Shown piece by piece: positions 1 through 11,460 of a DNA stretch of 64,000 bases. A program made the position numbers and the translations under genes. Below the pieces are notes generated by a model. It was not told the DNA's origin. It saw nothing but the letters and a program-made list of their open reading frames with translations, and made no database searches. The stretch is taken from contig ML996687.1 of the NCBI GenBank assembly GCA_010356995.1, positions 1,861,803 to 1,925,802 on the forward strand, written 5' to 3'. Source of the stretch: Trichodelitschia bisporula (Eukaryota). Positions within the stretch are counted from its first letter, which is position 1. Each line of letters begins with the position of its first letter.

Positions 1-1422
1 TTCTCGCCCTACGAGGTGGACGTCAAGACCGAGACGCAGATGTTCATCAACGACATCCCCACGCGCCGCGACAGCACCATCTCCACCTTTTCTACCTTCC
101 AGGCGCCCCAGTCGGCCCCGGGACTTGAGAACTGGGTCCAGCAGGAGAGTTACTTTGAGCACCGCCAGGAGAGCTTCACGGAGGAGCCGGTGGATTTCAA
201 TGTGTTCCAGTTCGCGCACCCGGCGAGCCCGCACCAGTCAATCATCCAGGTGGATGAGTGCGACCAGCATCTGCTGAACCACTTCATCGAGCACGTCATC
301 CGCCTCATCTTCCCCATCCTCGCGGTAAACCAGCACGGCTCGGCCCCCGCCGACGTCATCCTCCCCGCGCTCGAGTCCAACAAATGCTACCTGCACTGCT
401 GTCTCTCCATCTCCGCGCTGCACCTCAAGTCAACCCAAGGCATAACCAGCGAGCAAATCGACCAAGACATAATCCGGCACAAATTCGCCGCTATCTCCGA
501 AATGTGCGAAGCCCTCAACCGGGACACCCTGCACTCCCAAACCCTCGAAGCAACCCTCGGAATGATCTTCTTCCATTGCTCCGTCGGCCGGCCAGACGAC
601 TGCCTCCCCGACGTCCCCTGGCACTCCCACTTCCAAGCCGCAACCTGCCTAATCAACAAACTTGACCTGCCCCTCCAACTCGCCACCGGTGGCACCACCC
701 CCCCGCCCTTCAACATGACCGTCGCCTCCTGGATCGACATCCTCGGCGCCACAATGCTCTGCCGCGCGCCCATCTTCGCCGACACCTACCGCGAGAAAAA
801 CGTCGCAGGATCCGCAATCGGCCTCGCCGAGCTCATGGGCTGCGACGACCGGATCATGTTCCTAATCAGCGAAATCGCATGCCTAGACGCGCTCAAGGCG
901 GACGGTATGGACACCGTCCAACTCTGCACGCACATCAAGACTCTCGGCGATCACATCACGCTCACCGAAGTCGGCGCCCAAGCTGTTGGCAACGCCATCT
1001 CGGCAACGGGCGCCGTCCGTCCCAAGCAGCTCCGCGCCAACATGACGGCGGTCTTCCGCATCGCCGCGCGGATCTACCTCTGCAGCCTCGTCCCGGGTTT
1101 CGACCGCGCGACGCCGAACATCACGGCTCTAGTCGCCAGCCTGGCGGACGCAATGGCATACATCCCGTCCGGGGCAGACGGGTTCGACCGGTCGCTTGTG
1201 TGGCCGTTACTCGTTGCCGGCGCGGTCAGCCTGCCCGGTAGCACGTTCCGGGGTATGTTCGCGGAGCGGGTTGTGGCGATGCGCGAGGCGGGGGAGTTTG
1301 GGAGTTTTGGACGGGTGAGGGAGGTGCTTAAGGCGGTGTGGGCGGCGAATGATGAGGGGGCGCAGTGGGTGCATTGGCGCGAGGTTATGAGAGTGAGGGG
1401 GTGGGACTTTTTGCTGCTTTAG
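1..1422 (+). CDS. pro1: Fungal Zn2Cys6-family transcription factor, PRO1/NosA/RosA-like; C-terminal Fungal_trans_2 domain only (5' end lies outside the window)
   Basis: The frame is open from base 1 to TAG at 1422. Motifs 'ILPALESNKCYLHCCLSISALHLKST', 'VASWIDILGATM', 'GLAELMGCDDRIMFLISEIACLD' and 'GFDRSLVWPLLVAG' are typical of PRO1-type regulators. Confidence 0.8.
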   Translation, partial: FSPYEVDVKTETQMFINDIPTRRDSTISTFSTFQAPQSAPGLENWVQQESYFEHRQESFTEEPVDFNVFQFAHPASPHQSIIQVDECDQHLLNHFIEHVIRLIFPILAVNQHGSAPADVILPALESNKCYLHCCLSISALHLKSTQGITSEQIDQDIIRHKFAAISEMCEALNRDTLHSQTLEATLGMIFFHCSVGRPDDCLPDVPWHSHFQAATCLINKLDLPLQLATGGTTPPPFNMTVASWIDILGATMLCRAPIFADTYREKNVAGSAIGLAELMGCDDRIMFLISEIACLDALKADGMDTVQLCTHIKTLGDHITLTEVGAQAVGNAISATGAVRPKQLRANMTAVFRIAARIYLCSLVPGFDRATPNITALVASLADAMAYIPSGADGFDRSLVWPLLVAGAVSLPGSTFRGMFAERVVAMREAGEFGSFGRVREVLKAVWAANDEGAQWVHWREVMRVRGWDFLLL

Positions 1423-3657
1423 CGCGTCTCTTCTCTACTCTCCTGGTGGGGGGGGGGGGGGGGGCGGCGGCTAAGAGGGGGCGGCTAGGAAGGGAGGGAG
1501 TTGGTTTGGGACTGCACATATTACGAGCATTATACCCCTTTGTTGTAATTTTTATTTTGTGGCGAGGAGGATGGAGAAGGGAGTCTTTCTTTGGTTCGAA
1601 CACGGTTGTCGGCTCCGAGGTGGAGCGGCATCGGGTCTTTCCTTTTCTCGACTCATAGAGCATCCGGGCCGGCGGCTTTTGGGTAGCTGGTCGGTTCCCG
1701 GCGGTGTTTTCGGCGCGTTTTGGGGGATTGTTGGATTACGGCCTCCGCTTTTTGGTATTGAGGGGAGGGGAAGCATGGCCTCTGGCCAGCTCGGGGCAGG
1801 CATCGGGGAGAAAGACGCCCGTTAGGACGGCAGCCACGGGCTCGGAACACGGATTTGGCAGACGTAAGCTTCACAGCCGGGCAGCAAGGGCAGGATATTA
1901 CGAAGAACGGGACGGAGGGTCGAGAGGACTCGGGACCTGGTCACCGCTGTGAAATGCGGTGCGGGAATCGCGAGGATGGAAAAGCCTCCGTCCTAAATGA
2001 TGTTGAAACGACGGGGGGAAGCAATGTGGGGAGCGCAGATAAGTCTGCGAGCAAAAAAATGCGAATAGAATATATCAAACTTATCCTAATACTTGGTTCT
2101 TGTGAAGCATCTTGGGCCTGGTGAACGACCTGGTGATACTGATGCCCGCCGGCCGCGGCTGTCGGGCTGGCGAATTGGAGAGGGTTGCATCGTCGTCGTT
2201 GCCCTGGCTCTTCTGGAATAAAGCATGGAAGGTGTGTATATTGCCTTGCAAGCCGGATCCCAGTGTGCTCATCTGGAAGCAGGAACGGCCGTTCTCGAAA
2301 GCATCAGTACGAAGCGGGGCCCGTATTGGGCCCGTATATCGCGATATTCGCTGTGGGGAGGAAGCTTGGCTATCGTGAGTACCCACCGTACGTACCCACT
2401 TCTCCACCTTCCTGACGTCCGACACTAACGACGGCAGTAGCAACGGCAAACATCACCTACAATAGTATCATCACCAGTACCGTCTACGCTCACCAGCACG
2501 GATGTCTTCAAGACTCCAGCACCAGTACGACGCCAGCCCTAGCGAAGTCATACAGTCCAGCTCTGATATAGAGCCACACACCCCGGGCAAATTCCCCTCT
2601 CAACCACTCAGGCCGCACCCCGCGCTCCCCGCCTACTTGCAATATCCCCCTTGGCCAATCCCCGCCCCGCCGATGAAGCCGCATCAACCTGCTACAACCA
2701 GCGCCTGGGCATGCGGCCTCATAGACGTCGGAAGGCCAGATACCGCAACTGCCTCGCTGCGCTACGCTGCGCTGCTTCACTGCTGACGATCGCAGACACC
2801 AACCTCACTGCCACGGCCGCGGGCGCGTAGGTACAGCAGCTCAGCACGGGGGGCGCTGGCCGCCGAACCCCACAGTACAGATGCTGTAACTCCTCCCGCA
2901 TGCCCCTCCACCACGCCCATCGGTTACATCCATCTCGATGCTCTCCGTAAACTGTCAGCGTCAGTCTCCCACCCCCCCCACCCCCGCTCGCTAGCCGCCC
3001 CACTCTCCTCCCCCATCCCTTGCATCAGCCAATCACAGAACGGCCTGTGCGCCACATACACTATTCTTAGGCCTTAATCATGGCGCTCCACCCCGTCGCC
3101 GTGTGCTACCCCGGTCGCTCCAGTCGCTACGACGTACCCGCCCGGCGAGGGGTGAGTGGAAGTTGGGCCGGCTTGGTGTGCGGATTTGTGTGTGGGCCTG
3201 GAGGGGCCTGGCTGGATGGGGGATCGGGTTACGGTGAGTGCGTTGCGTCGCAACCAGGTAGGTAGGGCGAAACGAGAGAGGCCGCCGAGACTGGGAGGCA
3301 AGGCCCCGGGGCCTGGTGCAGGACGCGGGCACTCTTGCTCTGTAACTGTCTTCTCTGCTGGTTTCTGTGAGAAGGGCCTCCGTCTTTGTCGCTTCGTACG
3401 CCGTTCTTGTGTGTTGTCGAGCTTTGACGAGGCTGTTGCGATATCTGCGCCCCCAGAGCCGCTACTAGGTTGCCACCCGCTTGCCGTGCGCGAGACCGAG
3501 GCCAAGGGAACGAAGACCGTGGTGCTGCACGAGACGACGACAGTCCGCCACTAGCCACAACCTCGAGACCACCTCCCATCCACCACCGTACCTCGCCGCT
3601 CACAAGTACCAACCGCCTCACAACCATCGCAGCCCATCGTCGCCTCACCTCACAACA

Positions 3658-4881
3658 ATGGCCTCGGCCCCCGCTGCCCGCGCCTGGCAAGAAGGCAACG
3701 CCCTCGATCCTCCACCGACCACCACCCACTCAGCCAGCACAACCTCGCCACCGCCGTCATCAGACAAACCCACGGTACCCTCATCGCTGGATACCGCGTC
3801 TTCCCCCCCGCCTGATGAAGACCTCGATTCGCCCAACCTGCTCGCGCCGCCCGTGCGCGCACGCTTCGAATTCGAGCCCGGCAAAGGCAATGCCGGCACC
3901 AAGATCCTGATGCTGGAGTGGGACCGGCCGGCCACCACACCCGAATCTAAGACCGGAAGCTGGACCGTCGCCTGGGAGGGCAAGACCCACATCCTCCCCG
4001 CCGCCTCTCTCCCCGCAACCCCGACGCACCGGTTGTTCTTCCTCCTCCCGCCCCGCGCTTCCATCCCCCCTTCTATCACCCTCACTGGCCCCGTAGACGG
4101 CGCAAAGTGGACCACCAAGCCCCTCCCCGCTATCTTCCCGCCCGGGCTCTACGAGTCGGCCCTTGACACGCCCGCCCCGCATGCGGCGCTGAAGCGCGGC
4201 GTCCTGCACACTCTGTGGGCGAAGAAGCGCCTGCAGACACTGGCGCGCGAAATCGAGGCTGAGAAGGCCTTCCCTGAAGGCGTCGGCCTGGCCATGGCGC
4301 TGCGTGAGGCGGACTGGATCACTGCCGCCTTTTCGCTGCCCCTGCCCCCGTCTGATGCGCCCGGAACTGCGAAAGCGGATACCGAAGGCTTTGAGGGCGC
4401 GGCCGTGCCGGCTGATGCCGCAGCGCTACCGGAGTTGGAGACGGCGCGCCCTGCTGCCCGACCGGGGCTGAAGATTGCGCCGGTATCGGGCGCTGGCATC
4501 GGGCCAACGAGTCCGGTGTCGCCGTTGCTGAGTCCTGGGGGCAGTCGGCTGACGGAGAAGCTGAAGGGACTGAAGCTGCATACTGGTGGGAAGGAGGGGA
4601 AGGGGATACTGAGTCCGGAGGACGGTGATGTGGCGATGCCGGGACTGTCGGCGCTACCCCCTATTTCTGCCGTACCCAGGACTGCTTCGAAGGCGGTTGC
4701 GAGTTTGACCGGGGTGCTTGCCGGGACGCCGGCGGAGGATGGGATTGGGGAAGAGGAGGAGGCGGGGCTGTTTGCGCTTCCCTTGTCGCCCCGGAGCCCG
4801 GATATGACGAAGAGTCCCTTCAGCTTTGCCGCATCGGATACGATGAAGTATATGAGGAAGGAGAGCCCGAGGGTTGCATAG
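3658..4881 (+). CDS. Hypothetical fungal protein (Pro/Ser-rich, ~407 aa)
   Basis: Long ORF with ATG in ACAATG context at 3658. It has globular-looking blocks ('FEFEPGKGNAGTKILMLEW', 'GVLHTLWAKKRLQTL') and a C-terminal 'LFALPLSPRSPDMTKSPFS'. Confidence 0.75.
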   Translation: MASAPAARAWQEGNALDPPPTTTHSASTTSPPPSSDKPTVPSSLDTASSPPPDEDLDSPNLLAPPVRARFEFEPGKGNAGTKILMLEWDRPATTPESKTGSWTVAWEGKTHILPAASLPATPTHRLFFLLPPRASIPPSITLTGPVDGAKWTTKPLPAIFPPGLYESALDTPAPHAALKRGVLHTLWAKKRLQTLAREIEAEKAFPEGVGLAMALREADWITAAFSLPLPPSDAPGTAKADTEGFEGAAVPADAAALPELETARPAARPGLKIAPVSGAGIGPTSPVSPLLSPGGSRLTEKLKGLKLHTGGKEGKGILSPEDGDVAMPGLSALPPISAVPRTASKAVASLTGVLAGTPAEDGIGEEEEAGLFALPLSPRSPDMTKSPFSFAASDTMKYMRKESPRVA

Positions 4882-5327
4882 TGAGGAGAGGATGGATGGC
4901 GTTCGGGTGGGTTTGAAGGGGAGTTTGGGTACTTTGACTGTGGGCGCGGCGATGGTCAGTCCTTCAATGAGGGAAAAGAGGGCATGTGGAGGTGCTTTCG
5001 TTGGTAGGTGGTATTTCGAGACTGGTACGAAGCTCTTTATAGACTGTTAAGACAACTTATTGGCGTCACTGTGTCGCTCCTTCGTGGCATCGTGCGCGAA
5101 TCAGCGGCATAGTAGGCTGTAATCGAATCATCCTCGACTGTTTGACGGTTTGACGGTGCTTCAAGGGGTGGGAATAAGTCCTCGCGCCACGCCTGCGCCG
5201 TGACCGGGTACGGTTTGAATAGACACGAGATGAGAGGTGGTGTTGTTTTCTTCTCGTTGCCTTCCCGGAGCAGCTCAAAAGCATATCTCCCCACCAGTCC
5301 CACCTCCACCAAATCGCGAAAAAAGAA

Positions 5328-5416
5328 AGCCCGAGGCGAGGCTCGAACTCGCGACCTTGAGGTTTCAATCCGTAGTGGATAAGAGCCACACGCTCTACCG
5401 ATTGAGCTACCCGGGC
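5328..5416 (-). tRNA. tRNA-Lys(CTT) with 16-nt intron (5364-5379)
   Basis: Reverse complement reads GCCCGGG TA GCTC AATCGGTA GAGC G TGTGG CT CTT A [intron] A CCTCA AGGTC GCGAG TTCGAGC CTCGC CTCGGGC T, giving a 73-nt mature tRNA. A T-run (Pol III terminator) follows directly. Confidence 0.92.
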
Positions 5417-6219
5417 TTGTAGATGTCGGCACTAACAAATTTGTTCTACATAGCCAGCCTTGCGAAGCCGGTGGGTAACGCACGCCTGCTTTACTGGTCA
5501 AAATGGAAGAGTAGAAACCGGCAAGGCAGGCCACGAGATGGAAGTGCGGGGAGAAGGCTGAAGGTGGGGGGGGGGGGGGGGATGGATGGCTTCAGGCCGA
5601 AAGGTCCCAAGTGCAGCCGCCACAACCACCTCTAACACAAAATCGAGGAGCTGGTCGTCATCCTCGTGGATCACCACCGTAACGTGCCCCGAGCCCCACC
5701 TGCATCTGTCTCTTGGCGTCAACCCCTCGCATTCGACGTGCAGCAAATACAGCTAGGATATGAACATCACGCATGCGCAAGCTGCGAAGCCATCTGGCTA
5801 GGATTCAGCATCACGCTTGCGCCAGCCAGGGATCGATAAACAGTGATATCACCTCGACCACAAATGCCTCCAGCGCGCGCACCATTTCGCCGTGGGGCGG
5901 CTGTGCGTCTGCGGATTGACGCGTTGGTGCGACGGGTGGAGAATGTGACGGGTCGGAAAAGTTTACGGGGGAGGCGTGCGAGGGCTCGGAATGAATGCAG
6001 GCGAGGGTGGGGGGCAGCCTGGTCTGTGGAGAATCGAGCTGATTCTGGGGAATGCGGGAGTGGGTGTGTTTACGGTGGAAGGTGCTTTAAGAGTTTGATG
6101 TTTTCTTGATTTTTAGGTTGCAATTCTGGAGGCTTAAGGGAGATAAACACTTCCTTCATCCCCATCTCAGCTAGTCTCGCATCTTTCGTTCGCTAACTAC
6201 CTGCCGTCAAATTGCCACA

Positions 6220-6949
6220 ATGCCTCCCGGTGCTTGGGACGCTGCCGGGGACAGGCTCCTCCTCCTTGCCGTCATATTCTACACCGATGTCTCGAAGCCA
6301 GCGGTCATGGAAGCTGCGGAGAAGTATCTGAGGAACGGGAAGTCGGCTTCGGCGTGCTAGTACGTGGCTCCGTCTCCTCATGTACAGAACTAATGAATGT
6401 AGTCAACGCTTTGGCAAACTCAAGCGCGGGGCAAAAGACATCCTCCTCGCCGCCGCCAACGGCGCCGAACACGGGTCCTCGACTGCGGCTGCGGCTGCAG
6501 CTGCTGCTGATCCCAATGCGGAGGGTGACGATGACCCTGATGCCGAAGCACCCGCAGTTGAGGACAAGGGCGAGCCCGAGCCGAAGATCAAAGGTAAAGG
6601 CAGGAAAGTCGAGAAGAAGGCGGACAAGGCGCTGCGGGGTGGGGGTGTGAAGAAGGGGAAGAGGCCCGCGGAGGATGAGGATGAGGATGAGGCAGACGGG
6701 ACAGATGAGTCGGAGTATAGGAAGAAGAAGAGTGTGCGGGGGAGGGGAAGGGGCAGACCGAGGGCTCGCGGGAGGGGCGGGAGGGGTGGGGGGGGGAATA
6801 AGAGGGTAAGGGTTGATACGTCGGATTTGGAGAGTGAAAGGGAGGCTGAAGAGAAGGAGAATGGGAATAAGGAGAATGAGGGTGAGGGTGAGGATGGGGA
6901 GACTGATGCCGAGGCTGAGATTGATGTTGCTGTGGAGGAGGAGGCATAG
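6220..6949 (+). CDS. Small basic/acidic nuclear protein with Myb/SANT-like N-terminus and AT-hook-like GRGRPR motif; exons 6220-6359, 6403-6949
   Basis: ATG at 6220 gives MPPGAWDAAGDRLLLLAVI. A 43-nt GTACGT..CTAAT..TAG intron joins in frame to 'YQRFGKLKRGAK'. The C-terminus is K/R- and D/E-rich and contains RGRGRPRARGR. Confidence 0.7.
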
Positions 6950-7292
6950 GCACCTGCTTGGTTTCCTTGTTAGTTAAATTGTCATGAATGGCGAAGCAAC
7001 GAGAGTTTCACATTGCATGTGCTACGAATTGAGAATATGTCTCGGCAGCAGAGCGCCGAGAATCCATTGAACAAATGTACATCTCAAGACAACCAGAGCG
7101 CATAATATCATCCGGCAAACATTAAGAGAACACGTCATACGTAAACATCGACCCAAGCATCATAACCGAACAGACCACCAAGCACCGTTTGCCGATGCCA
7201 TTTTTGAACAACGAGGCCGCCCTCAAGCCGTCAAACCGAACATGAGTGAGAAGCCGCAGAATCGAAGGGTGCCGAGAGAGCCGGATGCGCAT

Positions 7293-7580
7293 CTAGGGTT
7301 TATGCGAAGGCTGCGCACGAGTAGGTTGCGGATGACTCTGCGGGTAGTTTTTGTATTGGTTAAACTTGCCACCAGGCCTACCGGCGTCGAAGTCGCCTTG
7401 GGAATCAAACGACGCCGGCACGCCGAGGGGCATCCAGCGCCTCTTGAGGCAGCCCTGGGCAGTGAACTTGCAGAGGCTGGCGCTTTGCCAGTCCCAATGC
7501 CTGGCCTTCTGGAAGATGTTCGGGAGGGCGGAGGTGCTAAGGGCGAGGGTGCCCATGATGATGACTGAGGTGAACTTCAT
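7293..7580 (-). CDS. Small secreted precursor (95 aa) with signal peptide, Cys-pair peptide and Kex2-type KRR site; alpha-pheromone-like
   Basis: ATG in ACCAAGATG context. The sequence is signal peptide MKFTSVIIMGTLALSTSA, then LPNIFQKAR-HWDWQSASLCKFTAQGCL-KRR-. Confidence 0.65.
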   Translation of the reverse strand: MKFTSVIIMGTLALSTSALPNIFQKARHWDWQSASLCKFTAQGCLKRRWMPLGVPASFDSQGDFDAGRPGGKFNQYKNYPQSHPQPTRAQPSHKP

Positions 7581-8785
7581 CTTGGTTGTGGTGGTGGGTT
7601 GGAGTGAGGGACGGTGGTCGGAGTGTTGAGAGTGAGTGTGGATGGTGTCCAAATTTGCGATGGCGGATGGGCAAACTGTCCCAATATGCAGGAGCGTCAT
7701 CCGCATCGGGCCTGAATAGAAGTTGTCGTGATAATGGTGGTGCTTTGAGCCGTACAAAAGAGTGAAATGGTCTCCTTGTTGGGCTGATCTCTTCGAGAAC
7801 ACATACGATTGATCCTTTGAATCGGCAGGACCCGCTACCGATAAAATGTGTCGGGAAAGCGAGATCATTATGGCATTTGAGAGGCGAGTCCACATGGGGC
7901 ATCAATAACCTTCCTATTTAGGTTTAGTGGGGACATCCATAAAGAGATATCGACGAGACAACTCGGGGCCCTTTCGCTGTACCGAAAGGCTATTCTCGTC
8001 ACGGACTGAATAAAACAATGGCTCCTGCGGTCGAGGTTTTGCTTCCAGCGGGCGATGACGATACTCGAAGTTAGGAGGATGCATTGTGTTCGATTAAAGC
8101 TGGCGGCCGCCAACCGACGACCACGAAGCGCTGAGCAGGTTGTTCGGAGACTGAAACGGCAGCACCTATGCCTCTCCTAGAAAAATCTAAACGGCTAGCT
8201 GAATTATGTAGGCTATTATCTACTTAAACATTAGCGCATCGTCAAGTCCGAAGTTGGGGGGCGCTTGAATTGTGTATTCCAGCCGGTACGAGGTGGGTCA
8301 GATGCGCAAACTCTTAGCACTCAGGACAAGTTCTCTTCGATTCCACTTTACAGACGAGATTTATTGGAGGGCACCGCATGTATAGGCTATTCGCATGGTC
8401 CGCGATGTGGCTGAGTTGCAAATCTGCAAAATATGCTCTTAACTGCAACACTTCTGGGCGTGCGTATTGAGTTCTCTCGAAAAGACGCGCCCTTGAGCCA
8501 GGTGGAACTACGGAGTCTACATTAGTGTACTCAAGCACTGAAAACTTCATAATATGGTGAGGGCCCTGAGAAATGGCCTTTGAAGATTTCAGCTTCTTGT
8601 CTGAACTACTGAGCGGGGCGTTGTTAATATGACTGTGGCGGAGCGCATCCACAAGCACTTGGTCGAAAGACGTCGTGAATTTCACCAGGATCATTGAAGC
8701 CTCACCCCAGATCCGCTCGGAACAACGTAACGCCGTCATCTCTCCGATTTCAAGCTGCATGTGAAGCTTCAGCGATCAATTCAGA

Positions 8786-10661
8786 ATGCGCCAAACGCTG
8801 CTCGCTGGCGTCACACGCAGAACCTGGAGAAGGAATCCGACAATATGTTGGGCCTGCTCGTCGCGCGTCCAGGCGCGCAATTCCTCCACCGCAAAGCTCG
8901 ACCCTAACGAGCGCTTCTATCCACCGACTGCCAAAAAGCCGTACTATGTCACCACGCCGATATTTTATGTCAATGCCGGTATGTACATGTACTCCGCTAT
9001 GTGCACTACAAAAGCTGATTAGTAGCCCCTCATGTCGGCCATCTGTACACCATGGTCTTTGCGGACGTCGTCAAGCGGTGGCAGACGCTCCGGGGACGAA
9101 AAGCGCTGCTCTGTACCGGCACGGATGAGCATGGTATGAAGATCCAGCAAGCGGCGGAGAAGGCGGGTAGCAGGCCGAGATTCTTTTGCGATCAAGGCGC
9201 TACAATCTTTAGGTCCCTAGCCGACCATGCGAACGTGTCATACGACTACTTTGTGCGGACATCGGACCCTAAGCACAAGGACGCGGTACAATATGCCTGG
9301 GTACGTTGCTCCTATGGCTGAGGGGTGGATCTGACAAGAACAGCAAATATTGCAGCAGAAGGGCCTCATCTACGCATCCAAGCATGAAGGCTGGTACTCG
9401 ATTAGCGACGAGACCTTCTACCCGCAGTCGGCTGTGCACCTCATCATAGACCCAGCAACCGGGCGGAAACACATGGCCTCGATAGATACGGGCAAGGAGG
9501 TGGAATGGACCGAGGAGGTCAACTACCACTTCCGACTCTCACAGTTCCGCGAGCGGCTCCTCGACTTCTACGCCAACAACCCAACATGGATCAAGCCGCG
9601 GGCCCGCTACGACGACGTCACCAAAGCCGTTACGGAGGGGCTGGAGGATCTTTCAATCTCACGGCCCTCCTCGCGGTTGACGTGGGGCGTACCCGTGCCA
9701 GGCGACTCAACGCAAACGATCTACGTATGGCTAGATGCGCTGCTCAACTATGCGACCGCCGCCGGATACCCGTGGTCGCCGGAGGAAGCGTACGCCAGAG
9801 GCTGGCCCGCAGACTGCCAGGTAGTAGGCAAGGACATAATCCGCTTCCACTGCATCTACTGGCCCGCGATCCTGATGGCCCTGGACATGCCCCTGCCGGG
9901 CTGCATCGTAACGCACGCGCACTGGACGATCGGGAAGCAGAAGATGGCCAAGTCGACTGGGAATGTGGTCAATCCGTTTCTGGCCCTTGATCGATTTGGC
10001 ACGGATGTGATGCGCTACTATCTCATGCATGATGGACGGCTGTCTGATGATTCGGATTACAGTAATCATGCGATCGGCGAGCGGTACAGGATTGGCTTGC
10101 AGCAGGCGCTCGGTAACTTGCTCAGTCGCGTCACCCGGGCTAAAAGGTGGAATGTGCGCGCAGCTGTCGTCTCTGCCTCGAAGAAAGACTGGGAACCGTC
10201 TACGGAGGAGGACGTCGTGATGTGGAAACGGCTGTACTACGTCTCGCACGAAGTCTCGCTCGAAATGGAGCGCTTCCGCGTCGCCGCCGGCCTGCGCTCC
10301 GTCATGGAACTGATCTACAAGGTACAGACCCCAACCTTTCCCAACAAACACAACTAACCCGCAGACCAACCAATACATGCAGCACGCGGAGCCATGGAAG
10401 TTGCGCTCAGTCGACCAACAGTCCCGCCTTGAAACCATAATCTACATCGCGGCCGAGGCGCTGCGCATCTCCGGCATCCTCCTGCAGCCGTACATGCCCA
10501 CCAAGGCGCACCAGCTACTCGATATCCTGGGCGTGGAGGCGCACAAGCGGCGCCTGCATGATGCGCGCCCGGGGATGGATGTAGGGTATGGGGGGAGTGG
10601 GGTTGTGGATCGGGATGGGGTGGTGGGGACGTTGTTTCCGCCGTTGATTGCGGATGTGTAG
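8786..10661 (+). CDS. MSM1: Mitochondrial methionyl-tRNA synthetase; introns 8979-9025, 9301-9343, 10322-10364
   Basis: N-terminal presequence-like segment, then 'YYVTTPIFYVNA|APHVGH' (HIGH motif), 'TGTDEHGMKIQ', 'IYVWLDALLNY', 'GKDIIRFH' and KMAKS. All three introns are canonical and keep the frame. Confidence 0.95.
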
Positions 10662-11000
10662 ATTGGGCAATTGAGTCATCGCTGCTCTCCTGTGATGCAT
10701 GGTGTGGTACGTGGGGGTTGATTGTGATGCTCGGTTTGTGCATGCCCCGCATCTACCCTGGCTGTGGAGGCGTAGGAACCCACGTAGCGTGCTGTGCGGC
10801 GCGAGGCTGGCTCCGCACGGGGTTGACGGCGCTACACAGCGGGCACGCTGTATTTCTGCGGGAGTGATGTATCCTTTCTGTTGTGAGACGGGGCTGGATT
10901 CGGATCAGCCTTGCTGCATCACGGTCCTGCATGTGAGTGCTCCGAAATCGAGCACGAGGCGTGGGGTGCGGGGTTATTGTTGCGTCGTTCAGAGCAGCCA

Positions 11001-11140
11001 GAAAGTTTACGGTGCGGGAAGAAAGTCTACGGTGCAGCAAGTCTACAATGCACTAAAAAATGTCTCCAGTGCAGCAGGAAAGGTCCGCGGTGCAGTAAGG
11101 AACGTCAAAATGCCGCACGAAAAAGTCTACAGCACAGCAC
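11001..11140 (+). repeat. Degenerate ~20-bp tandem repeat (consensus about AAAGTCTACGGTGCAGCA), about 7 units
   Basis: Units read gaaagtttacggtgcgggaa / gaaagtctacggtgcagc / aagtctacaatgcact / atgtctccagtgcagcag / aaaggtccgcggtgcagt / aaaagtctacagcacagc. Confidence 0.6.
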
Positions 11141-11460
11141 AGCACCAGAAACGGGCTGTTGTACAGCCAGCCTTGCGCCGGGTGCCATGGAGGGCGCTGA
11201 AAGTGCCCGATATGCTTCTCTACAACTTGAATCGCGGCCTGGAATATGATACTTAAGCCTACAGGCTGCGATAGTGTACTGCGGATTGGCGGGCAGGCTG
11301 CGAGACTTGACTTCTGCTTCCACGCTCCTCCGCCGTTCGCGAATTTATACTTGCCTGCCAGCGCCTTTCGTCTGCGCTTCGTCGCCTCCCACCTGCCCCC
11401 CGTTGCATCCCATCCGCTCTCGTCCTGCGCCGCTGCATACGTTCCCCATCGCTCGGCATC

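Noticed and set aside
1447..1464. Long G/C homopolymers (also ~5566, 21095, 22033, 30971, 57668)
   Set aside because: Simple repeats in UTRs and introns; length unreliable and no specific function evident.
5752..5823. Short imperfect direct repeat GCTAGGAT..CATCACGC
   Set aside because: Only two copies, with no TIR or TSD context.
8314..8760. 148-aa minus-strand ORF ending in CPEC, divergent from MSM1
   Set aside because: Non-ATG start in the track, no recognisable motif; cannot be supported.
9950..9960. KMAKS instead of KMSKS in MetRS
   Set aside because: Minor variant of the class I motif; the catalytic lysine is retained.
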